64,000 bases of DNA from Glycera tridactyla. Taxonomy: Eukaryota. The stretch is taken from positions 46,748,001 through 46,812,000 of the forward strand of contig OZ286471.1 in the NCBI GenBank assembly GCA_965644265.1, in the 5' to 3' direction. Of this stretch, positions 1 to 15,000 are shown piece after piece. The translations under genes were made by a program, and so were the position numbers. Position 1 is the stretch's first letter. The number at the start of each line of letters is the position of its first letter. Under the pieces are notes generated by a model. The model searched no databases and was not told the DNA's origin. It was given only the letters and a program-made list of their open reading frames with translations.

Positions 1-24
1 ATCATCTGTGGGGAAACTGCGAAG
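1..24 (+). CDS. Repeat exon E0 (3' end only)
   Basis: Reads (D)HLWGNCE then G|GTATGA donor; truncated by window edge. Confidence 0.85.
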
Positions 25-3000
25 GTATGACATTCAACATGTAGAAGTCAAATTGGGGAAATGAAGTTGATGAGTTCAATCCCAACCGCAAGAGTTCGGC
101 CTTATCCATTTTAGCCATTGTCTTTTTGTAGATCATTTGTGGAACTTTTGAAAATTTTGAGGCCAGTTTTCTCTTGAGCATCCTCTACCTTTATCTCTAT
201 TTCTTTAGAACAGGTATTCCTGATTCAGCCACAGTTTGTTTTGTTCTCTCACTTAGCAGCCTCTCTACATTTTGGCATCTTCTGACATATGACAAGCTTT
301 TATGATATTCTGAAGTATTGTGGATAGATACTTGTTTGGAAGCATGATCGGTGATGCTGCTTCCACAATTGTAGCGGTTGTCTGTGGTCAACCACGGCCA
401 ACCACAGCACCACCTCAGACTACTACTAGAGATGACTGCTGGATCCCTACTACTGGAGGATCTGCGGGCTCCTCTTCAGTGTGTATCTTCCCATTCAGCT
501 ACAGGAATGTCAGATATACAGGCTGTTCCACTGTCGATAATAGTGGCTACCCATGGTGTTACACCTCGTACAACTATGAAAATGATCATCTTTGGGGCAA
601 TTGCCAAGGTTAGTTGTGAATGAGACCTATCTTTCCGAGCCTCCCAAGTGAAAACTATACGTTTCTCTTGAATTGTGGTCTTGTGCCGAGGATTGAATTG
701 TTCAATCGTGAAAAGATATGTACTGTAAGTTCAGATTCTTTATCCAATCACCTAGGTTTATTTGCTTCGACTGATCCTGCATTATTGGTGAATGGGAAAC
801 AATCTTTTTCTCATATCATGAATCCGGCAGAGGCTCTGCATGCCTTATATTCTACCGAGATAGGTGTGTGGTATTCTGACTGATATTCGACCAATTTTCA
901 GCGATGGTATGTGGCCAGCCCCGGCCGACAACCCAGGCTCCTGGGACAACAACCGGTCGGGACTGCTTTATCCCGACTACAGGAGGGTCAGCTGGAGGGC
1001 AATCCGTATGCATCTTTCCTTTCTCCTACAAAGACAGGACTTATAGTGGCTGTTCCACAGAGGATAATGGTGGAATTGCATGGTGTTATACTTCATACAA
1101 TTACAGGAACGACCACTTGTGGGGAAATTGCGGAGGTATGACTAAACAGAGACCTACGTTTTTATATTGAACAGTAGACTCACATTTTTTGGATGATACT
1201 TTTGCTGGGAGTTGGTTTTTTTGAGTTGTATTTCAATCTCGATTGCATCTCCCGGTGGGCATAATATGAGTTGTCCCAGTTTGAAGATTGTGTGTTTTCT
1301 GAGTGCCCAAGTGAAATTCACAACTGTAAAGATTTTTGATATTGTCCATGAGAATTTGTTTTCGTTGATACGACATCAACCATGTTCTTTTTAAAAAGAT
1401 ACATGTAACGGGAACGGATCTTCAGTCTGGTTGATGTGGGTATTGAAGCATCTTTATGCCATTCGAATTTGAATCTAGAGAAACATTTGGATATTGTTTG
1501 AATGATGATTGTCATATCAGAAACTAATTTGTTTCCTCAGCATTGAGATGTGGTGAGCCACGTCCAACAACTCCGGCTGTCAGGTCCACTACCCGAGAAG
1601 GCTGTTGGTACTCCACCTATGGTGGTACAGCAGGCCAAGCATCTAGCTGCATATTTCCCTTCTCTTATAAGAATGAGTTGTATGTATCCTGCTCCACTGC
1701 GGACAATGGAAATGTTCCCTGGTGCTATACATCATACAACTACGCTGAGGACCATCTCTGGGGCAATTGCGGAGGTAGGTCTCTACCTTGCATATTGAAC
1801 AAATATGAGTGAAATTCAGTCCCAGATTAAGCATTGCACCCATGATCAGCTAACAGCAGCACCGGGCTGGAATCATATTTGTACATCAACAATCACATAG
1901 ATGCATTCAACTATCGTCGAGATCTTGTCGGAAGTCATGGTGACAGTAGTCATCGTGGTTATGATGGTTGTTGATGTGGCAACGACTATGATGGCAGGTG
2001 GCATCGGTACTGGCTGCGGCAGTGCCAGTGATGATGGTGGTGATCATATGATTGCTGTTGGTGATGGTGGTGTTGATAGTGCTGCTGTCGGTGATGGTGG
2101 TGGAGGTGTTGGTTATGGTGATGGTCGTAGCTGCAGCAACAGTGATGATGATGGTGTTGGTGGTGGTAGTAGGGTTTGGAATTGAAAGTGGTGACGATGG
2201 TTCTTGTGCCTGTAGTGATGGTGAAGATTGGGTGGTAGGAGTAAGAATTTTGATGACCACCATTATCTTGCGGTGAAGGCATTCGGGCAAGACATTTACG
2301 ATAAGGAAGGCGGTGAGCTAGATAAGCTAACGTACATGCCCTGACATTGCAGCACTGGTCTGTGACCGACCACGGCCGGTCACTACCGGTACTGAAACAA
2401 CCACTCGCCAAGATTGTTGGATACCAACAGTTGGTGGTACAGCTGGTCAGCCATCAGTCTGCATCTTCCCATTCTCCTACAAAGGCAAAGAATACACCAG
2501 CTGCACAACTGAAGATAACCGCAATTATCCCTGGTGTTATACCTCCTACAACTACCAGAATGATCACTTGTGGGGAAATTGTGGAGGTATGTTTACCATG
2601 CCAGCAATCTGAACAATGGATTATCTCTCCTATTCCGAAAACAATTACATTCACCCACTGTTAGAACCAATATTTTGATGTCCATGTATTCAATAAATTA
2701 AGCCTCCTATTGGTGACCCAGGAGAAGATGTTTCGGAATAATCTCACCCATGCCCCTGCAATGACAGTCGCAATATAGCAAAAGTGCTTCAGACTAGATG
2801 GAGAATACCCGAACACCCAAACAAAATAAATATTTTTTGGCATCCTTTCATTTAAGAATGAGGGACAGTCTTACAATTCGAAGGGTGTGCCCCATGTTAC
2901 ATATGGTACCGCCTGAGCATCTCGAGCACTGCACCTGCACAAATATTCCAATGAAAAGAAAAATGTTATGCATTAATACTCGGGTATCCATTGAAGACTG

Positions 3001-6000
3001 ATCAGTCCTGGCATTTTCTGGAGAAAAATATTTCCCAGAAACCTAGATTCATGTGGTTCTTAATGACCTTAACTCTTCCACGGAATGGTCACACAACTAA
3101 GCTCTCAAAGTTCACAAACTCCTACTCGAGGCACAATATGTGGTTCTGGATTGTTTCTTTAGTGACTAATCCATTCTGCAGTAACTTCTGTCTGAGTAGG
3201 GGCAGTCATGAAGAGAAGCGGTTGAACAGTTTATGGATGTTTTCAGAGTTAGTTTGTGGGGAGCCACGGCCAACAACTCAGCCAACGCTCTCAACGACTG
3301 CTGGCAACTGCTTCATTCCAACCACTGGAGGTTCAGCTGGCCAATCATCCGTCTGCATCTTCCCTTTCACCTACAAGAATGTAATCTATACAGGATGTTC
3401 CACTGTTGATAACAGCGGCAGGGCATGGTGTTACACCTCTTATAACTATGCCAATGATCATCTGTGGGGTAATTGTGGAGGTATGTTCAAAGGATTCCTC
3501 TTTGGATGCCACTAACCTTCGAGAGGTAGAAGCAAGTAATAGCATCTGTTCAGAGAGTATCCCACTCAGACCTGTGCTGAACATATCTCCTCAGTTTTCA
3601 AAGTCACCTTCCAGTACGAGGCCTCCCATTAACGTCATGTCTTTGCTCAAATATGTGTGCAGCCACTGCTGACAAATTGAATTATCAAGATTGGTTTGGG
3701 CTACGCACCCTATATCCATGGGCATTTCTTGGTTCACTCATGCAATAATAGTTGTCCTTATAGGTGTCCGAGAATGGTTGTTCATCCGAGCAGAATTTCA
3801 TCATCTTGCCCAATTTCAGCGTTGGTCTGCGACCAGGAGCGACCAACTACGGCAGCACAGATGACCACAACACGTGGAGATTGCTGGATTCCTACCTATG
3901 GGGGTACAGCAGGCCAGTCAGTGTGTATCTTCCCTTTCACTTACCGGGATCGATCTTACACTGGCTGCTCTACCGTGGATAATGGTGGCTACCCATGGTG
4001 CTATACATCTTATGACTATAGGAATGACCATATGTGGGGCAACTGTCAAGGTACGCCACTAGGAGTTATCAAGATTGTAGTGCTCATATTTCTATTTCAC
4101 TCATCAGATGAATGAGGATGTACAGAAGTTCTCTCTTCTCGATGATGATGATGTGTGACAATAAATACTCCATGTGAGATCGTTCACTTGCATGGTCTAC
4201 ATTTGGTTTGGATTGCAAGATAAGAATGCGCGAGAAGATATCGTTTTCAAGAGTTTCAGTTAGGACTCAATTCTTACTTGTGTCCACCTAATAGCCATAC
4301 GCATCGTGATCACTCAGAATTACTCACCTGTAACCATTCATATGATTGTAATCAGATTGACATACACAGAGCCATCATGATGTTTGTATTACCATGCATG
4401 ATGATTTTCAGGAATGGTATGTGGACAGCCTAGACCAACAACTCCAGCAACAGGCACTACGACCAGGCGAGACTGTTACATTCCAACTAGTGGTGGTTCA
4501 GCCGGGCAGGCCTCTGTCTGTGTTTTCCCTTTCACTTACCGCGGTGTGACTTACAGCGGCTGCTCGACAGTAGACAATAGTGGATATCCGTGGTGTTATA
4601 CATCTTACAATTATGAAAATGATCATCTCTGGGGCAATTGTCTGGGTAGGTCAACCAATTCATGTATGACAATTTCAAAAAAGATGGCAGATTGAAATGG
4701 TCTTCGAAACTATCTTCAACTATGCACATATATCATTTTTTGGTATGAATCTCTTTTGGGGTCGACAGTGCAAATATTTCATCCTCCCGATTAATGTTGC
4801 GTTCATCAATCACAAAGATCTCATTCACCTGTAAGACCTTTCTTGGAAGAATCTAATGAGTATCCCTACCAATATAGAAATTGGAGGATCTGCCTATCAC
4901 ACGTAGCAGTTCCGTCTATACCCCCAACACTAGTCACCAGCCAGATGTTGATAGGTTCTTGGCTATAAATAAAGAAGTGCATTTGATATGCAGTTGACTT
5001 TGGCTATGACTATGATACCGGGCCTGAAATGATCAAATTTGTATCCTTGTAGGAGAGCACGTGATATTTGGGTTATTTTATTCAGATTTGATATGTGGTG
5101 GTGACCGTCCGACCACTCAACCTACAAGATCGACGACAAACCGAGACTGTTACATCCCAACAACTGGCGGCACTGCGGGTGACTCAGTCTGTACCTTCCC
5201 ATTCACATACAGGAATGTACAGTATACAGGCTGCTCCACTGTCGACAATAGCGGCTACCCCTGGTGTTATACGTCGTACAACTATAGGAATGATCATCTG
5301 TGGGGAAACTGTGGAGGTTTGTCACCCTGTCTCTGCTCTACATGACAGGAAAGGAACTGGAGCACCCCTCACCACACCTGATGTTGTGGTGTAGATGGCA
5401 TTGAGCTGTTCAATCAATGTCATTTCTGGTCAGATGATCTTGACCTTATTCTGCTACATTCTGATGCTGGTTTCTTGATAATAACAAGCCTGTCTTTTGG
5501 CAACAAGCTTGGTACAGAAGCAATGAATCGGAAATTTGTTATCCGATATCCATACATTAAGATGGTTAGTCATCACATCCTTTCCAGTTGACATGTAGGT
5601 GGATGTTTCGATTTATTTGGATGTAGCATGGCCTGCATTACATTGTCTCTTAATTGTGCTTGTCTGATTAGGTCAGTGCTGATAAAAATATCACTTCTCA
5701 TTAAGGTATCCAGGCCCATGATCATCATAGCAGACATATACCTCTGTTTTACTCTGTCATGAGCAGGGCTTGACTTTTGAAGCAGAGGGCTCTCCCTAAT
5801 TCAGAGTGAGTTTACATCATCTCTGCTGATATTTGCAGCGCTGGTATGTGGTAGGGATCGTCCCACCACTGTACCACCATCCACCACCACAGACTACGAC
5901 TGCTGGGTGCCGACATATGCTGGGACTGCGGGTCAGTCCTCCTGCATATTCCCATTCACCTACAGGGGAAAAGAATACACAGGATGTACCCGTGTAGATA

Positions 6001-9000
6001 ATGGTGGATACCCTTGGTGCTATACAAGCCCAGACTATGAGAATGATCACCTGTGGGGCATATGCCAAGGTAACGATTCAGTCTCTTACCCACTCGCATT
6101 TCTATCTTATCGTCAGGTACAACAAAGCCACATTATAAGCTGTTACTCATTTTCGCGATGGAATTCCGACTACTGCCCCCATCTCCTGTGAATCTCCAGG
6201 GAAAATTTCATCAAGAACTAGTACTGACGATCTCTATATATGTAGACATCTAATTTGCAGTGTTTAGATTGTGAAATATGAGCCACCATAATAAGACAAC
6301 AAATATAACTTTTTGATGAGCTATTTGTCGCTACAATTCAGGCTCACACATCACAGTCAGGAAACGTCATTTCAAGCCATGTGAATGCCCTAAGAAGCCG
6401 AACATTGTTTATAATCAATTAGAACTGATGTCATCAGTCATACATCTGTAAATGGCATCCAGCTTACTGGGACACTGTATCCACATCCTTTCCCTTGGAG
6501 GTTAGATTGGTCTTGAGTGTATTCCGAATTCAAGTTCTTCAGCATAATAATGCAGATTATCCATTGACCCAGTCATACATGCACACTCACACACATGCAC
6601 GCAGACCCATCCATCTTTCTTCTTAGTCAATATGTTCATCCATTCATTCATCATTCATGTATTGCTTGTTGATCTCCCTATAATCACGTCTATACACTCT
6701 GTATATCACTATTATCACCTATCGACCCTTTCTTTCATTCATCACGCTGGTCATCTTACCACCAATTGTCATATCCATCTCAGAGCCCATCCATTCCTCT
6801 AACAATATTTCAGAAGGTCTCCAAACAATTGACATATTGCATGGAGAAGGTAATAATGCAATGATCCATAGATCACCCTTCAGATACTCAGTTTAACACT
6901 CCATTAATGCAGATCCGACCTGCCTCCAAGACGATAGGTGACCCTCTAATCACCTTACAATGCTTGGCCTGACAAGTCACCTGTTGATGGTGTCATTTTT
7001 CAGATGTTGTATGTGGAGTACCACGACCTGAACGTGAAGGTCTTGGTACGACGACCAATAGTCGTTGTTGGATCCCAACTTATGCGGGTACAGCAGGCAA
7101 ATCCCTCTGTGTGTTTCCCTTCACCTACCGTGATAAAACCTATACAAGCTGCACCACGGTCGATAATGATGGTTACCCCTGGTGTTACACATCCTACAAT
7201 TATGCCAATGATCACTTATGGGGCATATGTCAAGGTACTTCTCATGACTCGTCGAACATGATTCATAATTGGAACAGTTACTATCCACCAGTCAGGTGTC
7301 TAGTTGCAGCTAAAATCACAAAAAATTCTGTAACAGAAACAGGGTCCCCATCCTTTTTTGATACGCTTGAAATGAAGAATATTCAATATGGGATTTGGCA
7401 AATGTTTTCTTCTGTTAGCTCAACTGAATAGCCTACTGGTACATTTTTTTCCTATATGGTAGACTGGATCACGAGACCAATGGGTGATAGCACCGCAGCA
7501 AACCGAATGAGCAGGATAACATGATATTATTCAATGCTTTCTGATCTCTGCCTCAGTTTTCTCAATGAATAATGAAGTAGAACAAAGTCGAATTCATGAA
7601 TATGACTTGATAATGACATATTGGAAAACCAGGAACCATGGCTTCCAAGAAACCACTTATCATATGGACCATTGGCTCATGTGCGAGCCATTTTCTCGCA
7701 AAATGTGAACTACCAGAATCTTTTCTTCATGCACAGTTTCATGAAGATATTTATTGAGAAAACTTTCAGCGACAGGTACTCGAACCTCTACTCAAGTATT
7801 TGATGCAGCTTTCACCAATTCTGGAAATTCCATGACCAAGTTGAGGTATACTCTGAAAATCATCCCATCATTACTTGTAAAGTACGGACAATGATATATT
7901 TTCTTATCAGTCACCACCTAATTTAACTGTTGATACTAAATTCTGCAGGCTGTTGTCAACTGTTGACCGATTGCCATAGCAGCGAAATCGGATTTTATCA
8001 TGATTTTTTCCTATCAAGGCCTGGCGCAATGCCAATACTGCATAACTTCACTTATGCTTGGTATCAGAATGTGCAACTTATTGAGCTTGACAATTTGGCA
8101 CTGGCACAATTTTAGTTCGGCAACATATCCTTCATAAAATCCATTTCTGTGGTAAAAATAAAGAAGTTTGAGCCTCAATTTCACACTAAAATGTGGATTG
8201 CAGAATTTCTAAGGCCAAATTGATATATAATTTCCATATATCATTTCATTCGCATGTATCGTATCTTGCTCTAATCTGACCCTTTGATATTTATTTCTGT
8301 GATCTGCTCAAACTGCATTAACGACTTGAGTATAGGTATTCAGTCGAAAATACTATTGATACAAAATACATCATGTTGATACCTGGGCAGCCTTGATTCT
8401 CTATCCAACGTTATTTGTAGATCTGGTTTGTGATGAACAACGGCCGACAACTGCACCTCTGGTGACGACCACAGGTCGTGATTGTTGGATCCGAGCAGTA
8501 GGGGGCACAGCCGTCGCCTCCTCCTGTATCTTTCCCTTCACATACCGGGGTGTTGTATACACTAGCTGTTCCACTGTCGATAACAATGATTATGCTTGGT
8601 GTTACACCTCCTACAACTATGCTAACGACCATTTGTGGGGGAACTGCCAAGGTACGGTGACACACAAATGCATTTCACATGGTGATCACTTACCAATGGT
8701 TGAGAAATAGAAATAAAATCAAGCACCAAGATATATCATGCTACTTATACGATCGTGAAATTTGCACGAAACTCGGCGAATGATAGGGTTATAGATCATG
8801 TTGGTCCTGAGCAGAGATGTTTCGATCATTATTGGTAAGATGCTTATCAGTTCATATCTCCGAGATGTCAGAAATTCCAGTTAATGGTTAGGGAAGGTGC
8901 AGTGGGAAAAAAGCTTTCGATTCTGATTAGTCGTGTGATTCACAATTGATATATGTGGTATTGGAGAATGGAAGAAAAATTTGATGTCATAGTATGAATT

Positions 9001-12000
9001 TTCAAGTTATGATCCAAGTTGTGATCCAATGACAACATCTGGCAATATGAGATTTGATTTCTTTTCATGAAATTCAGGATTTTTGACATTTTTTGTCTTA
9101 ATTTACTGTTGAATATCCAGGCGATGGTTGGAAAGGCTTATCCCTTGGACACGGTGATCAATGGTTCAGAAACATCTGATTTTCAGTGAAAATTTGTTGC
9201 TTGACCTACTTTGAGAAAACACATGGTTGATTCCACTCTGAAGTTATCATTCAGGAGAAAACAAAGAAATCCAGATGTCATGGTTCAAATGAATTGTTCA
9301 CATGCCATCTTTTTCCGGGTTATCCAACTCCTGGGCAAATGAGGATCTTGAAGACACTGTGACACACTCGGTGACAGTAAGTGTTATGTATCAGTGGGGT
9401 GCTTGATGAATACATAATGAGTTTCATGGCATCTCAGCTAGCTTCATTGAACTTTGAACCCATACTAAAATTGTCCAGTCTGCTGGTGCTTTGGCAATAC
9501 GCTGCAATCTCCCTAAATGATGTCCACGACTAGCACCAAATCTGGTGGTTATTCATCAAATGTGAATCCATACAAAAATCCCGGTGGAATAGTGGATTAC
9601 CATCTGAGAAATTGCCATTGCAGAATTAGTGTGCGACCAGCCAAGGCCCACTACGGAGCCCACTAAGACAACCACTGGTGCTGACTGCTTTATTCCAACA
9701 AGTGGTGGTACAGCTGGTATCTCAGTCTGCATTTTCCCCTTCACATACCGTGATGTCACCTATACGGGATGCTCCACAGTCGATAACAGTAACAGGCCCT
9801 GGTGTTATACCTCATTTAACTACAGAAATGATCACCTTTGGGGTGACTGTGGAGGTATGTCCAGGGCGCCGATATTCTCGATGCAAATATTAGATAATGG
9901 GCAGTATGTGGGTGTGTGTGGATACGTAGCAGGTGTGTGTAACTTTGTCACTGAGCAAAAAGAGAGGGGGGATGTGGGGATGAGGGATTTTTGAGTCATT
10001 GATTGAATGAATCAATGAGTGGTGTGCCTATGAGTGATTGATTGATTGATCGAATGAGTGAGTGTGCGACTGAGTGAGTGATATAATGTGGCAAATGGAG
10101 CAAGTCAAAACACTAGCAGCAGTGGGGAATATTGTAGTGTCATCACTTGCGGGAAAGTACCAATGCCTTATTTGCCATTAAGCTGACAGGGTCCTGTAAC
10201 TCGCTAGTTATGACTGATCAGTACCAGAAACGTATCTCAAACAATAGTTGTGATTACCCGATTTTCAGGGCTGATTTGTGGCCGAGACAGGCCCACAACA
10301 GCTTCTACACTGCAAACAACCGATCGTGACTGTTGGATACCAACATATGGTGGTACAGCTGGCCAGTCAGTTTGTATCTTCCCCTTCACCTACAGAGGAG
10401 AAACCTATACCAGCTGCACGAACCGTGATAATGGTGGATACCCCTGGTGCTATACATCATACAACTACCAGAATGATCATTTGTGGGGTAATTGCCAAGG
10501 TGAGAGAGCAAGAGAAGGTGCTATCTTAACTCATTGGATATTCGAGATAACATCATGGAGGGCTGCACCGAAGAGTTGATGTCCAATGTTTAGGCGGATT
10601 CAGATAGGAACAACAGTCGTTGATATGACTTTGATTCAACTCGCTTTATTACTGTATACCGCTTGTATCTCACTGTCAAGGAAGACTCAATCATGCTATC
10701 CCAACAGAAACGCAAGCATCTCACATATCTACATATGCCATCTTCTGGTTCAGTATGCCATGTTAACTAGGTAGAAGTGTATCTGAACTCTCAGCTACTT
10801 CCACTTGACAATATCTTAGGTTTCCCAGCATCTGATTATCAGGGTTTGTGAAAGTGACGTCTGCAGAGGAAAGATTATCTCACTTTCAGTGACCAGCATC
10901 ACTCGGCATACTTAATCTACTGGGTTGATATGTGCTTCCAAACAAACAAACAAAACTGCCACATCCCATATATGTGAGAAACAGTCACAGTATATGCTAC
11001 ACTATATTGGTGCAATCATTCCTGATCTGATAATATACATTGTTATTGAGAAGTGGCATGATCCACATTTCAGCGTTGGTCTGTGGTGAGCCAAGACCTA
11101 CTACTCATCTACCTGGCACTACAACACGTGATGACTGTTATATTCCCACATTCGGGGGAACTGCTGGCGTATCTGTCTGTATCTTCCCATTCACCTATCG
11201 TGATGAGACCTACACGGGATGTTCGACAGTGGACAATCAGGGTTACCCCTGGTGTTATACCTCGTACAACTACCGTGAAGATCACCTGTGGGGTAACTGC
11301 CAAGGTGCGTGGAGAATGACCAAATTCATTCTATGGAGATTGAAGGAGGCACGAAAGGTCTTCGCAAGGTCTCATAAGTGAATAGAAGGATTCATTTATG
11401 AAACGGCACTGCCAAATCTCTCACACCTCTTCATGTGCATTCGACATAGGATATTTCCAAAACTTTCTATCATAACCCTCTGCATTATGAAACTAGGTCG
11501 TTAGCTCTCAAAAATGAACATGCAGCCATTAATCCTTGAAGTCATAGAAATGATTATTCGGGATGTCTTTTGGGGGGCCCATCTGAACTTGTGCGTCTTC
11601 GACTAATCCCTCCAACAAGACTGACTTTTTCAAAATCGCCTTTCGCCCAACATTCATAAGACTATTCTCATTGTATCAGCTTCGAGCCGCATTCTCTATC
11701 ATGCTGGTAGTCGAGCATGGGGATGTGAAATCAGAGAGAGCCGAAAATACCAGATGTCGAAACTACAAGTCGAATTAGACCAACGATAACGATGCAACTT
11801 GGTATTAATGCTGTATGGATTAAATCTGCTCATCTCGACTACTGTGATTTGGTTCATGCCTAAAACACATAGAAAATTGTCAGCCTGCAGACCAGCTTGT
11901 AGACCTTACTTTTGTGCGAAAACGGGTATTTAATGTCAAGTAAATCAGGCATGCATCGGGAGTTGAATCTTGATAAGTTGTATAAATGATATCAGTGCAG

Positions 12001-15000
12001 ACTGATTTTCTAGAACTCAAAGTAATGATAGGCAGAGTAATTCAAAAGAATTATCGAACCTGGTCTCGAACACTCTGGGAGATGACAAAAACCAGCATAG
12101 TATTATGATAGAACAGTGCAAAACTGGAAAACAAATGCATCATTTCACTGTTGGTGCAGTGAAAGGTTTGGGATGCCTAAACTCAAAATATACAATTCAA
12201 GTACCAGGAAATCAATCCTTGAAAACAAAATTGCCTTTTTATCAACCTTCTCTACTCAAAAGTATGGTTGGATTGCACACCCTGTTATCCATGGACACAA
12301 TTATGTATAGGGTGTAGTATCAATAACCCTGCGCATATTCAATATTCTGCCTGATTTCCATATCAATCAATTAACCAATTCACCCCTATATTTCACCCTG
12401 GCCACACCCACCCATCGCCGATCATTAATTTTTGACAGACCACCAACACCATTGATTACTGCGTTACCACTAACAAGGACTTAATAGATTCATCTCGATT
12501 CCTGTATATATGCTTATTCAATATATTGTTTTCATGTTTGTTGGATTTTTCATTATTGCTTAGCTCCGTAAGTAAGTATGTGGTGATAGGACTTACATAA
12601 TATTTGTTTCTATTCATTTCCATTCTCGCTCTTATTCCTAGTTGTTTCTCCAATATTTCGCCCCTGCTCCCTCTTGTTGCTCCTCATTGTCTATCCTTCC
12701 TTCACCTACTGCGCTTTTTCATTATCCTAATGTCTGTCCTGACTTCAGGGCTTTTCCATGACACTCAAGTCTTCCTCTGTCAGCAGTACCTCCTCGTACT
12801 CTGCGGGATGCCCTGTGGGTGTTGTGTTCGCAAGAAAGAAAATAATAATGTATGGGTTTGTAGAACTGGTATGTGGTCGTCCTCGACCAACCACCTCAGC
12901 TCCACAGACAACCACTCTGGGTGATTGTTGGATTCCGACATTTGGTGGCACAGCCAGACAGGCCTCTGTGTGTACACTGCCCTTCAGCTACAGGGGTGTG
13001 GAGTATACAGGATGCACACAGGTCGATAATGGAGGCCTACCCTGGTGTTACACATCCTACGACTATGAAAGCGACCATCTGTGGGGAAACTGTTTAGGTA
13101 AACATTTCACCTATCAGACAACTATCTGACCGTTGTCATACATTTGTGCTACGTACGGAAAAATATTGAGTGTTTTGATTGCTTCAGTTCTCAGAAAAAC
13201 TGGTGCAGCTCAGACTTGATTTGTTCTTATGTGCGAATCCATTTGAATTTTGTTCTCAATTTCAGAAAGAGAACCATCAAGGTATAACTGCTTGATTGAT
13301 ATTTCATTGAACAAAAGCATCCGAATGTTGGAAGTCTCGAATATATCATCCACTCATCTTCAGTCCAGGAAGGTATCGCAGATTGAGTAAAAATGAATTT
13401 TTGTGCCAATGAATACTTGAAAAATGTGATCAACCTGATGGTCATTCAACATCATCGTTGGGAACATCACTTTTCTCAATACCTTAATCAACCTGAGGTC
13501 AAATATCATGCCAATCATTGGAATACCCCTTCCATCATCTGAACGATTCAATGTCATGACTCCCTCCAGATGTTGTATGCGGTGAACCTCGGCCAACAAC
13601 CGCCTCCACGCTGACGACAACCCCACGTGACTGCTACATCCCAACGACAGGTGGCAGTGCACAAGAACCATCAGTATGTGTATTTCCCTTCGCTTACAAA
13701 GGGACCATCTACACTGGTTGCTCAACTGTCGATAATGGAAACATGCCATGGTGCTATACCTCATACGACTATGCCAACGATCATCTCTGGGGAAACTGTG
13801 GAGGTATGATGAGTGCAGAATGTCTCTTTTGGGTATTAGTGTCTTCCCCTTGAAGATGGGGTGTCCTCATTTGTGTACAACTCCTCCAATTATCATGGTA
13901 TCTATTTCTCGATTGAATTATCAGCATCAGCTCTGATTGTAGGTGTTTTTAGGTTTATGGGCAATAAGATGAAAGTTATTGAGACACTGGAAAAAAATAT
14001 TAGATAGTATGAATCAGGATTTCCATATTTCCATTAGCTCCGAAATACTGAAGGCAGCACCTGACTGGCAAATATGTTTAAATGCCATCTTCACCATCAT
14101 CACAGAATGTGGCAGAATGCAATCGAAAAGTAAATGAGAAGAATCATTGTCTAAAATATTCTGAAAAAAAGATGCTTTCATTTTTCAAATATCTTCACAT
14201 ATTGTAGAGCTTATTTGTGGCCAGGCACGTCCGACGACTGCCTCGACAGTTGCCACAACAGGCAGTGACTGTTGGATGCCGACCTACGGAGGAACAGCAG
14301 GACAGTCATCAGTGTGTACCTTCCCATTCTCGTACAGAGGAGAGACATACACAGGGTGTACGACAAGAGACAATAGTGGCTATCCCTGGTGTTACACCTC
14401 TTACAATTACGAAAATGATCATTTATGGGGAAACTGCCAAGGTACGGCCCGACCAAAAAAGCAAGAATGATTACCTATATTCTCATCTCGTGAGACAACA
14501 GATAAATCGCACCAATCTGCATCTATTGTGGTAGCTTCATGAAAATATTGGCGTTTTGACATCAGGGCACTTCACCGGAAAGTTTTTAGAGGTGCTGGAC
14601 CCTGTCTGATGAGCCATCGCCTGTTATTGTCTCCCAAAGGTCTGAAATGAGAAAAGACGCATATTTTAGTTTCACCAATGAATCCTTATGGATGCTCTTT
14701 CCCAACAAACCACTAAAGTTATGTTGAAATTTAAGTGTTTTGCCTGCTGAACATTGACTCTGGCAGATGTCTGACAACATATTTTTTTCTATACTGTGAA
14801 TTACAGGGAATTGTCAGCCCACACTTCATATGGACTGCGTTGTAGCACCAATATGGATTTTGTCGGTATGCGATCTAATTGAGGATCCAAGTAGTACCCT
14901 ATATCCCATGAACTTGATCTTGTGTATCTAGGAAATTATGGTCAATTACCATCTCAACTAATTGCAGCGTTGGTGTGTGGTCTACCACGACCGACAACAG

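Noticed and set aside
860-901. VCG...RP-like stretch just upstream of E2 as a pseudo-exon remnant
   Set aside because: Too short, wrong spacing and phase; it overlaps the E2 acceptor region and is consistent with chance.
1901-2411. His-rich, Thr-rich and Gly/Asp-rich ORFs
   Set aside because: Products of the (GAT/GGT)n tract; no supporting splice sites, and two are antisense to the gene.
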